Shown piece after piece: positions 1 to 16,400 of a stretch of 64,000 bases of DNA; positions within the stretch are counted from its first letter, which is position 1, and every line of letters starts with the position of its first letter. A program made the position numbers and the translations under genes. Origin of the DNA: Eledone cirrhosa (taxonomy: Eukaryota); NCBI GenBank assembly GCA_964016885.1, contig OZ024743.1, positions 50,406,001 to 50,470,000 on the forward strand, written 5' to 3'. The notes beneath the pieces are model-generated. The model worked only from the letters and a program-made list of their open reading frames with translations. It searched no databases and had not been told where the DNA came from.

Positions 1-3000
1 CATTGAACCATTAAACCATTGAACTATTGAACCATTGAATCATTAAACCATTGAACTATTGAACTATTGAAATATTGAACCATTGAACTATTGAACTATT
101 GAACCGTTGAACTATTGAACTATTGAACTATTAAACTATTGAACCATTGAACAATTGAACTATTGAACCATTGAACTATTGAACCATTGAACCATTGAAC
201 TATTGAACCATTGAACCATTGAACGATTGAAGTATTGAACCATTGAACCACTGAACTATTGAACTATTGAACCATTGAACTATTGAACTATTGAACCATT
301 GAACCATTGAACTATTGAACCATTGAACCATTGAACTATTGAACCATTGAACTATTGAACCTTTGAACCCTTGAACTATTGAACCATTGAACTATTGAAC
401 CATTGAACCATTGAACTATTGAACCATTGAACCATTGAACTATTGAACCATTGAACCATTGAACCATTGAACTATTGAACGATTGAAGTATTGAACCATT
501 GAACTATTGAAGTATTGAACCATTGAACTATTGAACCATTGAAGTATTGAACCATTGAACTATTGAACCATTGAACCATTGAACTATTGTACCATTGAAC
601 CTTTGAACCATTGAACCATTGAACTATTGAACCATTGAACCATTGAACCATTGAAGTATTGAACTATTGAACCATTGAACCATTGAACCATTGAACTATT
701 GAACGATTGAAGTATTGAACCATTGAACTATTGAAGTATTGAACCATTGAACTATTGAACCATTGAACTATTGAACCATTGAAGTATTGAACCATTGAAC
801 CATTGAACCACTGAACTATTGAAGTATTGAACCATTGAACTATTGAAGTATTGAACTATTGAACTATTGAACTATTGAACCATTGAACCATTGAACCATT
901 GAACTATTGAAACATTGAACCATTGAACTATTGAACTATTGAACCATTGAACTATTGAACCTTTGAACCATTGAACTATTGAAATATTGAACCATTGAAC
1001 CATTTAAACATTGAACCATTGAACTATTGAACCATTGAACCATTGAACTATTGAACCATTGAACCATTGAACTATTGAACCATTGAACCATTGAACTATT
1101 GAACCATTGAACTATTGAACTATTGAAGTATTGAACCATTGAAGTATTGAACCATTGAACTATTGAACCATTGAACTATTGAACCATTGAACTATTGAAC
1201 CATTGAACCATTGAACTATTGAACCATTGAACTATTGAACCATTGAACCATTGAACTATTGAACCATTGAACCATTAAACCATTGAACTATTGAACCATT
1301 GAACCATTAAACCATTGAACTATTGAACCATTGAATCATTAAACCATTGAACTATTGAACTATTGAACCACTGAACTATTGAAGTATTGAACCATTGAAC
1401 TATTGAACCATTGAGCCATTGAACCATTGAACTATTGAACGATTGAAGTATTGAACCATTGAACTATTGAAGTATTGAACCATTGAAATATTGAACTATT
1501 GAAAGATTGAACCATTGAACCATTGAACTATTGAAGTATTGAACCATTGAACCTTTGAACCATTGAACGATTGAAGTATTGAACCATTGAACCATTGAAC
1601 TATTGAACCATTGAACCATTGAACTATTGAACCATTGAACTATTGAACTATTGAAGTATTGAACCATTGAAGTATTGAACCATTGAACTATTGAACCATT
1701 GAACTATTGAACCATTGAACTATTGAACCATTGAACCATTGAACTATTGAACCATTGAACCATTGAACTATTGAACCATTGAGCCATTGAACCATTGAAC
1801 TATTGAACGATTGAAGTATTGAACCATTGAACTATTGAAGTATTGAACCATTGAAATATTGAACCATTGAACTATTGAACCATTGAGGTATTGAACCATT
1901 GAACCATTGAACTATTGAACCATTGAACTATTGAACCATTGAACCATTGAACCATTGAAGTATTGAACCATTGAAGTATTGAACCATTGAACCATTGAAC
2001 TATTGAACAATTGAACCATTGAACTATTGAACCATTGAACCATTGAACTATTGAACCATTGAACTATTGAACTATTGAACTATTGAACCATTGAACTATT
2101 GAACCATTGAACCATTGAACGATTGAAGTATTGAACCATTGAACCATTGAACTATTGAACCATTGAACCATTGAACGATTGAAGTATTGAACCATTGAAC
2201 CATTGAACTATTGAACCATTGAACTATTGAACCATTGAACCATTGAACTATTAAACCATTGAACCATTGAACTATTGAACCATTGAATTATTGACCTATT
2301 GAATTATTGAACCATTGAACTATTGAACTATTGAAACATTGAACGATTGAAGTATTGAACCATTGAACTATTGAAGTATTGAACTATTGAACCATTGAAG
2401 TATTGAACCATTGAACTATTGAACCATTGAACCATTGAACTATTGAACCAATGAACCATTGAACTATTGAACCATTGAACCATTGAACCATTGAACTATT
2501 GAACTATTGAACCATTGAACTATTGAACTATTGAACCATTGAACTATTGAACCTTTGAACCATTGAACTATTGAACCATTGAACCATTGAACGATTAAAG
2601 TATTGAACCATTGAACTATTGAAGTATTGAACTATTGAACCATTGAACTATTGAACCTTTGAACCATTGAACTATTGAACCATTAAACTATTGAACCTTT
2701 GAACCATTGAACTATTAAACCATTGAACCATTGAACGATTGAAGTATTGAACCATTGAACTATTGAAGTATTGAACCATTGAACCATTGAACCATTGAAC
2801 CATTGAACTATTGAACTATTGAACCATTGAACTATTGAACCATTGAACCATTGAACTATTGAACCATTGAACCATTGAACTATTGAACCATTGAACCATT
2901 GAACCATTGAACAATTGAACTATTGAACCATTGAACCACTGAACTATTGAAGTATTGAACCATTGAACTATTGAAGTATTGAACCATTGAACCATGAACC

Positions 3001-4099
3001 ACTGAAGTATTGAACCATTTAACTATTGAACTATTGAAAGATTGAACCATTGAACCATTGAACTATTGAAGTATTGAACCATTGAACTATTGAACCATTG
3101 AACTATTGAACTATTGAAATATTGAACCATTGAACCATTGAACTATTGAACCATTGAACCATTGAACTATTGAACCATTGAACTATTGAACTATTGAAGT
3201 ATTGAACCATTGAACTATTGAACCATTGAACTATTGAACCATTGAACTATTGAACCGTTGAACTATTGAACCATTGAACCATTGAACAATTGAACCATTG
3301 AACTATTGAACCATTGAACCATTGAACCATTGAAGTATTGAACCATTGAACTATTGAACCATTGAACCATTGAACTATTGAACCATTGAACAATTAAACC
3401 ATTGAACTATTGAACCATTGAACCATTGAACTATTGAACCATTGAACTATTGAACCATTGAACCATTGAACCATTGAAGTATTGAACCATTGAACTATTG
3501 AACCATTGAACCATTGAACTATTGAACTATTGAAATATTGAACCATTGAACTATTGAACTATTGAACCATTGAACTATTGAACCATGGAACTATTGAACT
3601 ATTGAACCATTGAACTATTGAACTATTGAACCATTGAACCATTGAACTATTGAACCATTGAACCATTGAACTATTGAACCATTGAACTATTGAACCTTTG
3701 AACCATTGAACTATTGAACCATTGAACCATTGAACCATTGAACTATTGAACGATTGAAGTATTGAACCATTGAACTATTGAAGTATTGAACCATTGAACT
3801 ATTGAACCATTGAAGTATTGAACCATTGAACTATTGAACCATTGAACCATTGAACTATTGAACCATTGAACCATTGAACCATTGAACCATTGAACTATTG
3901 AACCATTGAACCATTGAACGATTGAAGTATTGAACTATTGAACCATTGAACCATTGAACCATTGAACTATTGAACGATTGAAGTATTGAACCATTGAACT
4001 ATTGAAATATTGAACCATTGAACTATTGAACCATTGAACTATTGAACCATTGAAGTATTGAACCATTGAACCATTGAACCACTGAACTATTGAAGTATT

Positions 4100-7000
4100 G
4101 AACCATTGAACTATTGAAGTATTGAACTATTGAACTATTGAACTATTGAACTATTGAACCATTCAACCATTGAACCATTGAACTATTGAAACATTGAACC
4201 ATTGAACTATGAAACTATTGAACCATTGAACTATTGAACCTTTGAACCATTGAACTATTGAAATATTGAACCATTGAACCATTTAAACATTGAACCATTG
4301 AACTATTGAACCATTGAACCATTGAACTATTGAACCATTGAACCATTGAACTATTGAACCATTGAACCATTGAACTATTGAACCATTGAACTATTGAACT
4401 ATTGAAGTATTGAACCATTGAAGTATTGAACCATTGAACTATTGAACCATTGAACTATTGAACCATTGAACTATTGAACCATTGAACCATTGAACTATTG
4501 AACCATTGAACTATTGAACCATTGAACCATTGAACTATTGAACCATTGAACCATTAAACCATTGAACTATTGAACCATTGAATCATTAAACCATTGAACT
4601 ATTGAACTATTGAAATATTGAACCATTGAACTATTGAACTATTGAACCATTGAACTATTGAACTATTGAACTATTAAACTATTGAACCATTGAACAATTG
4701 AACTATTGAACCCTTGAACTATTGAACCATTGAACCATTGAACTATTGAACCATTGAACCATTGAACGATTGAAGTATTGAACCATTGAACCACTGAACT
4801 ATTGAACCATTGAACTATTGAACCATTGAACCATTGAACTATTGAACCATTGAATCATTGAACTATTGAACCATTGAACCATTGAACTATTGAACCATTG
4901 AACCATTGAACTATTGAACCATTGAACTATTGAACCTTTGAACCATTGAACTATTGAACCATTGAACTATTGAACCATTGAACCATTGAACGATTGAAGT
5001 ATTGAACTATTGAAGTATCTAACAGTTGAACCATTGAACCATTGAACCATTGAACTATTGAACCATTGAACTATTGAACCATTGAACCATTGAACTATTG
5101 AAACATTGAACCATTGAACGATTGAAGTATTGAACCATTGAACCATTGAACTATTGAACCATTGAACCATTGAACTATTGAACCATTGAACTATTGAACT
5201 ATTGAAGTATTGAACCATTGAACTATTGAACCATTGAACTATTGAACCATTGAACTATTGAACCATTGAACTATTGAACCATTGAACCATTGAACTATTG
5301 AACCATTGAACTATTGAACCATTGAACCATTGAACGATTGAAGTATTGAACCATTGAACTATTGAACCATTGAACCATTGAACTATTGAACCATTGAACC
5401 ATTAAACCATTGAACTATTGAACCATTGAATCATTAAACCATTGAACTATTGAACTATTGAAATATTGAACCATTGAACTATTGAACTATTGAACCATTG
5501 AACTATTGAACTATTGAACTATTGAAGTATTGAACCATTGAACAATTGAACTATTGAACCATTGAACTATTGAACCATTGAACTATTGAAGTATTGAACC
5601 ATTGAACCATTGAACCATTGAACCATTGAACTATTGAACTATTGAACCATTGAACTATTGAACCATTGAACCATTGAACTATTGAACCATTGAACCATTG
5701 AACTATTGAACCATTGAACCATTGAACCATTGAACAATTGAACTATTGAACCATTGAACCACTGAACTATTGAAGTATTGAACCATTGAACTATTGAAGT
5801 ATTGAACCATTGAACCATTGAACCACTGAAGTATTGAACCATTTAACTATTGAACTATTGAAAGATTGAACCATTGAACCATTGAACTATTGAAGTATTG
5901 AACCATTGAACTATTGAACCATTGAACTATTGAACTATTGAAATATTGAACCATTGAACCATTGAACTATTGAACCATTGAACCATTGAACTATTGAACC
6001 ATTGAACTATTGAACTATTGAAGTATTGAACCATTGAACTATTGAACCATTGAACTATTGAACCATTGAACTATTGAACCATTGAACTATTGAACCATTG
6101 AACCATTGAACCATTGAAGTATTGAACCATTGAACTATTGAACCATTGAACCATTGAACTATTGAACCATTGAACAATTAAACCATTGAACTATTGAACC
6201 ATTGAACCATTGAACTATTGAACCATTGAACTATTGAACCATTGAACCATTGAACCATTGAAGTATTGAACCATTGAACTATTGAACCATTGAACCATTG
6301 AACCATTGAAGTATTGAACCATTGAACTATTGAAGTATTGAACTATTGAACTATTGAACTATTGAACTATTGAACCATTCAACCATTGAACCATTGAACT
6401 ATTGAAACATTGAACCATTGAACTATTAAACTATTGAACCATTGAACTATTGAACCTTTGAACCATTGAACTATTGAAATATTGAACCATTGAACCATTT
6501 AAACATTGAACCATTGAACTATTGAACCATTGAACCATTGAACTATTGAACCATTGAACCATTGAACTATTGAACCATTGAACCATTGAACTATTGAACC
6601 ATTGAACTATTGAACTATTGAAGTATTGAACCATTGAAGTATTGAACCATTGAACTATTGAACCATTGAACTATTGAACCATTGAACTATTGAACCATTG
6701 AACCATTGAACTATTGAACCATTGAACTATTGAACCATTGAACCATTGAACTATTGAACCATTGAACCATTAAACCATTGAACTATTGAACCATTGAATC
6801 ATTAAACCATTGAACTATTGAACTATTGAAATATTGAACCATTGAACTATTGAACTATTGAACCATTGAACTATTGAACTATTGAACTATTAAACTATTG
6901 AACCATTGAACAATTGAACTATTGAACCCTTGAACTATTGAACCATTGAACCATTGAACTATTGAACCATTGAACCATTGAACGATTGAAGTATTGAACC

Positions 7001-8520
7001 ATTGAACCACTGAACTATTGAACCATTGAACTATTGAACCATTGAACCATTGAACTATTGAACCATTGAATCATTGAACTATTGAACCATTGAACCATTG
7101 AACTATTGAACCATTGAACCATTGAACTATTGAACCATTGAACTATTGAACCTTTGAACCATTGAACTATTGAACCATTGAACTATTGAACCATTGAACC
7201 ATTGAACGATTGAAGTATTGAACTATTGAAGTATCTAACCATTGAACCATTGAACCATTGAACCATTGAACTATTGAACCATTGAACTATTGAACCATTG
7301 AACCATTGAACTATTGAAACATTGAACCATTGAACGATTGAAGTATTGAACCATTGAACCATTGAACTATTGAACCATTGAACCATTGAACTATTGAACC
7401 ATTGAACTATTGAACTATTGAAGTATTGAACCATTGAACTATTGAACCATTGAACTATTGAACCATTGAACTATTGAACCATTGAACTATTGAACCATTG
7501 AACCATTGAACTATTGAACCATTGAACTATTGAACCATTGAACCATTGAACGATTGAAGTATTGAACCATTGAACTATTGAACCATTGAACCATTGAACT
7601 ATTGAACCATTGAACCATTAAACCATTGAACTATTGAACCATTGAATCATTAAACCATTGAACTATTGAACTATTGAAATATTGAACCATTGAACTATTG
7701 AACTATTGAACCATTGAACTATTGAACTATTGAACTATTGAAGTATTGAACCATTGAACAATTGAACTATTGAACCATTGAACTATTGAACCATTGAACT
7801 ATTGAAGTATTGAACCATTGAACCATTGAACCATTGAACCATTGAACTATTGAACTATTGAACCATTGAACTATTGAACCATTGAACCATTGAACTATTG
7901 AACCATTGAACCATTGAACTATTGAACCATTGAACCATTGAACCATTGAACAATTGAACTATTGAACCATTGAACCACTGAACTATTGAAGTATTGAACC
8001 ATTGAACTATTGAAGTATTGAACCATTGAACCATTGAACCACTGAAGTATTGAACCATTTAACTATTGAACTATTGAAAGATTGAACCATTGAACCATTG
8101 AACTATTGAAGTATTGAACCATTGAACTATTGAACCATTGAACTATTGAACTATTGAAATATTGAACCATTGAACCATTGGACTATTGAACCATTGAACC
8201 ATTGAACTATTGAACCATTGAACTATTGAACTATTGAAGTATTGAACCATTGAACTATTGAACCATTGAACTATTGAACCATTGAACTATTGAACCATTG
8301 AACTATTGAACCATTGAACCATTGAACCATTGAAGTATTGAACCATTGAACTATTGAACCATTGAACCATTGAACTATTGAACCATTGAACAATTAAACC
8401 ATTGAACTATTGAACCATTGAACCATTGAACTATTGAACCATTGAACTATTGAACCATTGAACCATTGAACCATTGAAGTATTGAACCATTGAACTATTG
8501 AACCATTGAACCATTGAACT
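4100..8520 (+). repeat. Tandem duplication, period 2,216 bp (277 monomers)
   Basis: ATTCAACC at 4161/6377, ATCTAA at 5017/7233, and matching ORF-track pairs 4215/6431, 4967/7183 and 5639/7855 are all offset by 2,216. Confidence 0.88.
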
Positions 8521-11500
8521 ATTGAACTATTGAAATATTGAACCATTGAACTATTGAACTATTGAACCATTGAACTATTGAACTATTGAAACATTGAACC
8601 ATTGAACTATTGAACCATTGAACCATTGAACTATTGAACCTTTGAACCATTGAACTATTGAACCATTGAACTATTGAACCATTGAACCATTGAACTATTG
8701 AACCATTGAACCATTGAACTATTGAACCATTGAACCATTGAACCATTGAACTATTGAACGATTGAAGTATTGAACCATTGAACTATTGAAGTATTGAACC
8801 ATTGAACTATTGAACCATTGAAGTATTGAACCATTGAACTATTGAACAATTGAACCATTGAACTATTGAACCATTGAACCATTGAACCATTGAACCATTG
8901 AACTATTGAACCATTGAACCATTGAACGATTGAAGTATTGAACTATTGAACCATTGAACCATTGAACCATTGAACTATTGAACGATTGAAGTATTGAACC
9001 ATTGAACTATTGAAGTATTGAACCATTGAACTATTGAACCATTGAACTATTGAACCATTGAAGTATTGAACCATTGAACCATTGAACCACTGAACTATTG
9101 AAGTATTGAACCATTGAACTATTGAAGTATTGAACTATTGAACTATTGAACTATTGAACCATTGAACCATTGAACCATTGAACTATTGAAACATTGAACC
9201 ATTGAACTATTGAACTATTGAACCATTGAACTATTGAACCTTTGAACCATTGAACTATTGAAATATTGAACCATTGAACCATTTAACTATTGAACCATTG
9301 AACTATTGAACCATTGAACCATTGAACTATTGAACCATTGAACCATTGAACTATTGAACCATTGAACCATTGAACTATTGAACCATTGAACTATTGAACT
9401 ATTGAAGTATTGAACCATTGAAGTATTGAACCATTGAACTATTGAACCATTGAACTATTGAACCATTGAACTATTGAACCATTGAACCATTGAACTATTG
9501 AACCATTGAACTATTGAACCATTGAACCATTGAACTATTGAACCATTGAACCATTAAACCATTGAACTATTGAACCATTGAATCATTAAACCATTGAACT
9601 ATTGAACTATTGAACCATTGAACTATTGAACTATTGAACTATTAAACTATTGAACCATTGAACAATTGAACTATTGAACCATTGAACTATTGAACCATTG
9701 AACCATTGAACTATTGAACCATTGAACCATTGAACGATTGAAGTATTGAACCATTGAACCATTGAACTATTGAACCATTGAACTATTGAACCATTGAACC
9801 ATTGAACTATTGAACCATTGAATCACTGAACTATTGAACCATTGAACCATTGAACTATTGAACCATTGAACCATTGAACTATTGAACCATTGAACTATTG
9901 AACCTTTGAACCATTGAACTATTGAACCATTGAACTATTGAACCATTGAACCATTGAACGATTGAAGTATTGAACTATTGAAGTATCTAACCATTGAACC
10001 ATTGAACCATTGAACCATTGAACTATTGGACCATTGAACTATTGAACCATTGAACCATTGAACTATTGAAACATTGAACCATTGAACGATTGAAGTATTG
10101 AACCATTGAACCATTGAACTATTGAACCATTGAACCATTGAACTATTGAACCATTGAACCATTGAACTATTGAACCATTGAACTATTGAACTATTGAAGT
10201 ATTGAACCATTGAAGTATTGAACCATTGAACTATTGAACCATTGAACTATTGAACCATTGAACTATTGAACCATTGAACCATTGAACTATTGAACCATTG
10301 AACTATTGAACCATTGAACCATTGAACTATTGAACCATTGAACCATTAAACCATTGAACTATTGAACCATTGAATCATTAAACCATTGAACTATTGAACT
10401 ATTGAAATATTGAACCATTGAACTATTGAACTATTGAACCATTGAACTATTGAACTATTGAACTATTAAACTATTGAACCATTGAACAATTGAACTATTG
10501 AACCCTTGAACTATTGAACCATTGAACCATTGAACTATTGAACCATTGAACCATTGAACGATTGAAGTATTGAACCATTGAACCACTGAACTATTGAACC
10601 ATTGAACTATTGAACCATTGAACCATTGAACTATTGAACCATTGAATCATTGAACTATTGAACCATTGAACCATTGAACTATTGAACCATTGAACCATTG
10701 AACTATTGAACCATTGAACTATTGAACCTTTGAACCATTGAACTATTGAACCATTGAACTATTGAACCATTGAACCATTGAACGATTGAAGTATTGAACT
10801 ATTGAAGTATCTAACCATTGAACCATTGAACCATTGAACCATTGAACTATTGAACCATTGAACTATTGAACCATTGAACCATTGAACTATTGAAACATTG
10901 AACCATTGAACGATTGAAGTATTGAACCATTGAACCATTGAACTATTGAACCATTGAACCATTGAACTATTGAACCATTGAACTATTGAACTATTGAAGT
11001 ATTGAACCATTGAACTATTGAACCATTGAACTATTGAACCATTGAACTATTGAACCATTGAACTATTGAACCATTGAACCATTGAACTATTGAACCATTG
11101 AACTATTGAACCATTGAACCATTGAACGATTGAAGTATTGAACCATTGAACTATTGAACCATTGAACCATTGAACTATTGAACCATTGAACCATTAAACC
11201 ATTGAACTATTGAACCATTGAATCATTAAACCATTGAACTATTGAACTATTGAAATATTGAACCATTGAACTATTGAACTATTGAACCATTGAACTATTG
11301 AACTATTGAACTATTGAAGTATTGAACCATTGAACAATTGAACTATTGAACCATTGAACTATTGAACCATTGAACTATTGAAGTATTGAACCATTGAACC
11401 ATTGAACCATTGAACCATTGAACTATTGAACTATTGAACCATTGAACTATTGAACCATTGAACCATTGAACTATTGAACCATTGAACCATTGAACTATTG

Positions 11501-13400
11501 AACCATTGAACCATTGAACCATTGAACAATTGAACTATTGAACCATTGAACCACTGAACTATTGAAGTATTGAACCAGTGAACTATTGAAGTATTGAACC
11601 ATTGAACCATTGAACCACTGAAGTATTGAACCATTTAACTATTGAACTATTGAAAGATTGAACCATTGAACCATTGAACTATTGAAGTATTGAACCATTG
11701 AACTATTGAACCATTGAACTATTGAACTATTGAAATATTGAACCATTGAACCATTGAACTATTGAACCATTGAACCATTGAACTATTGAACCATTGAACT
11801 ATTGAACTATTGAAGTATTGAACCATTGAACTATTGAACCATTGAACTATTGAACCATTGAACTATTGAACCATTGAACTATTGAACCATTGAACCATTG
11901 AACCATTGAAGTATTGAACCATTGAACTATTGAACCATTGAACCATTGAACTATTGAACCATTGAACAATTAAACCATTGAACTATTGAACCATTGAACC
12001 ATTGAACTATTGAACCATTGAACTATTGAACCATTGAACCATTGAACCATTGAAGTATTGAACCATTGAACTATTGAACCATTGAACCATTGAACTATTG
12101 AACTATTGAAATATTGAACCATTGAACTATTGAACTATTGAACCATTGAACTATTGAACTATTGAAACATTGAACCATTGAACTATTGAACCATTGAACC
12201 ATTGAACTATTGAACCTTTGAACCATTGAACTATTGAACCATTGAACTATTGAACCATTGAACCATTGAACTATTGAACCATTGAACCATTGAACTATTG
12301 AACCATTGAACCATTGAACCATTGAACTATTGAACGATTGAAGTATTGAACCATTGAACTATTGAAGTATTGAACCATTGAACTATTGAACCATTGAAGT
12401 ATTGAACCATTGAACTATTGAACAATTGAACCATTGAACTATTGAACCATTGAACCATTGAACCATTGAACCATTGAACTATTGAACCATTGAACCATTT
12501 AACTATTGAACCATTGAACTATTGAACCATTGAACCATTGAACTATTGAACCATTGAACCATTGAACTATTGAACCATTGAACCATTGAACTATTGAACC
12601 ATTGAACTATTGAACTATTGAAGTATTGAACCATTGAAGTATTGAACCATTGAACTATTGAACCATTGAACTATTGAACCATTGAACTATTGAACCATTG
12701 AACCATTGAACTATTGAACCATTGAACTATTGAACCATTGAACCATTGAACTATTGAACCATTGAACCATTAAACCATTGAACTATTGAACCATTGAATC
12801 ATTAAACCATTGAACTATTGAACTATTGAACCATTGAACTATTGAACTATTGAACTATTAAACTATTGAACCATTGAACAATTGAACTATTGAACCATTG
12901 AACTATTGAACCATTGAACCATTGAACTATTGAACCATTGAACCATTGAACGATTGAAGTATTGAACCATTGAACCATTGAACTATTGAACCATTGAACT
13001 ATTGAACCATTGAACCATTGAACTATTGAACCATTGAATCACTGAACTATTGAACCATTGAACCATTGAACTATTGAACCATTGAACCATTGAACTATTG
13101 AACCATTGAACTATTGAACCTTTGAACCATTGAACTATTGAACCATTGAACTATTGAACCATTGAACCATTGAACGATTGAAGTATTGAACTATTGAAGT
13201 ATCTAACCATTGAACCATTGAACCATTGAACCATTGAACTATTGGACCATTGAACTATTGAACCATTGAACCATTGAACTATTGAAACATTGAACCATTG
13301 AACGATTGAAGTATTGAACCATTGAACCATTGAACTATTGAACCATTGAACCATTGAACTATTGAACCATTGAACTATTGAACTATTGAAATATTGAACC
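6600..13400 (+). repeat. Tandem duplication, period 3,576 bp, with a 360-bp deletion in the second copy near 12,490
   Basis: ORF-track pairs 7183/10759, 7855/11431 and 8519/12095 are offset by 3,576. The offset then falls to 3,216: ATTTAACT at 9281/12497, ATTGGACC at 10025/13241, ORF pair 9935/13151. Confidence 0.82.
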
Positions 13401-16400
13401 ATTGAACTATTGAACCATTGAACTATTGAACCATTGAACTATTGAACCATTGAACTATTGAACCATTGAACCATTGAACTATTGAACCATTGAACTATTG
13501 AACCATTGAACCATTGAACGATTGAAGTATTGAACCATTGAACTATTGAACCATTGAACCATTGAACTATTGAACCATTGAACCATTAAACCATTGAACT
13601 ATTGAACCATTGAATCATTAAACCATTGAACTATTGAACTATTGAAATATTGAACCATTGAACTATTGAACTATTGAACCATTGAACTATTGAACTATTG
13701 AACTATTGAAGTATTGAACCATTGAGCAATTGAACTATTGAACCATTGAACTATTGAACCATTGAACCATTGAACTATTGAACCATTGAACCATTGAACG
13801 ATTGAAGTATTGAACCATTGAACCATTGAACTATTGAACCATTGAACTATTGAACCATTGAACCATTGAACTATTGAACCATTGAACCATTTAATTATTG
13901 AACCATTGAACCATTGAACTATTGAACCATTGAACCATTGAACTATTGAACCATTGAACTATTGAACCTTTGAACCATTGAACTATTGAACCATTGAACT
14001 ATTGAACCATTGAACCATTGAACGATTGAAGTATTGAACTATTGAAGTATCTAACCATTGAACCATAGAACCATTGAACTATTGAAGTATTGAACAATTG
14101 AACTATTGAACCATTGAAGTATTGAACCATTGAACTATTGAACCATTGAACTATTGAACTAATGAACCATTGAACTATTGAACCTTTGAACCATTGAACT
14201 ATTGAACCATTGAACTATCGAACGATTGAGCCAATGAACGATTGAACCATTGAACTATTGAACCATTGAACCATTGAACGATTGAAGTATTGAACCATTG
14301 AACTATTGAAGTATTGAAACATTGAACCATTGAACCATTGAGCCTTTGAACCATTGAACTATTGAACAATTGAACTATTGAACCATTGAACCATTGAACT
14401 ATTGAACCATTGAACCCTTGAACTATTGAACCATTGAACCATTGAACCATTGAACTATTGAACGATTGAAGTATTGAACCATTGAACTATTGAAGTATTG
14501 AACCATTGAAATATTGAACCATTGAACTATTGAACCATTGAAGTATTGAACCATTGAACCATTGAACTATTGAACCATTGAACTATTGAACCATTGAACC
14601 ATTGAACGATTGAAGTATTGAACCATTGAAGTATTGAACCATTGAACCATTGAACTATTGAACAATTGAACCATTGAACTATTGAACCATTGAACCATTG
14701 AACTATTGAACCATTGAACTATTGAACTATTGAACTATTGAACCATTGAACTATTGAACCATTGAACCATTGAACGATTGAAGTATTGAACCATTGAACC
14801 ATTGAACTATTGAACCATTGAACCATTGAACGATTGAAGTATTGAACCATTGAACCATTGAACTATTGAACCATTGAACTATTGAACCATTGAACCATTG
14901 AACTATTAAACCATTGAACCATTGAACTATTGAACCATTGAACTATTGACCTATTGAACTATTGAACCATTGAACTATTGAACTATTGAAACATTGAACG
15001 ATTGAAGTATTGAACCATTGAACTATTGAAGTATTGAACTATTGAACCATTGAAGTATTGAACTATTGAACTATTGAACCATTGAACCATTGAACTATTG
15101 AACCAATGAACCATTGAACTATTGAACCATTGAACCATTGAACCATTGAACTATTGAACTATTGAACCATTGAACTATTGAACTATTGAACCATTGAACC
15201 ATTGAACGATTAAAGTATTGAACCATTGAACTATTGAAGTATTGAACTATTGAACCATTGAACTATTGAACCATTGAACCATTGAACTATTGAACCATTG
15301 AACTATTGAACCTTTGAACCATTGAACTATTAAACCATTGAACCATTGAACGATTGAAGTATTGAACCATTGAACTATTGAACCATTGAACTATTGAACC
15401 ATTGAACCATTGAACTATTGAACCATTGAACCATTGAACCATTGAACTATTGAACTATTGAACCATTGAACCACTGAACTATTGAAGTATTGAACCATTG
15501 AATCATTGAACCACTGAAGTATTGAACCATTTAACTATTGAACTATTGAAAGATTGAACCATTGAACCATTGAACTATTGAAGTATTGAACCATTGAACT
15601 ATTGAACCATTGAACTATTGAACTATTGAAATATTGAACCATTGAACCATTGAACTATTGAACCATTGAACCATTGAACTATTGAACCATTGAACTATTG
15701 AACCATTGAACCATTGAACTATTGAACCATTGAACTATTGAACCATTGAACCATTGAACCATTGAAGTATTGAACCATTGAACTATTGAACCATTGAACC
15801 ATTGAACTATTGAACCATTGAACAATTAAACCATTGAACTATGGAACCATTGAACCATTGAACCATTGAACCATTGAAGTATTGAACCATTGAACTATTG
15901 AACCATTGAACCATTGAACTATTGAACTATTGAAATATTGAACCATTGAACTATTGAACTATTGAACCATTGAACTATTGAACTATTGAACCATTGAACC
16001 ATTGAACTATTGAACCATTGAACCATTGAACTATTGAACCATTGAACTATTGAACCATTGAACCATTGAACTATTGAACCATTGAAACATTGAACTATTG
16101 AACCATTGAACCATTGAACCATTGAACTATTGAACGATTGAAGTATTGAACCATTGAACTATTGAAGTATTGAACCATTGACCTATTGAACCATTGAAGT
16201 ATTGAACCATTGAACTATTGAACCATTGAACCATTGAACTATTGAACCATTGAACCATTGAACCATTGAACCATTGAACTATTGAACCATTGAACCATTG
16301 AACGATTGAAGTATTGAACTATTGAACCATTGAACCATTGAACCATTGAACTATTGAACGATTGAAGTATTGAACCATTGAACTATTTAAGTATTGAACC

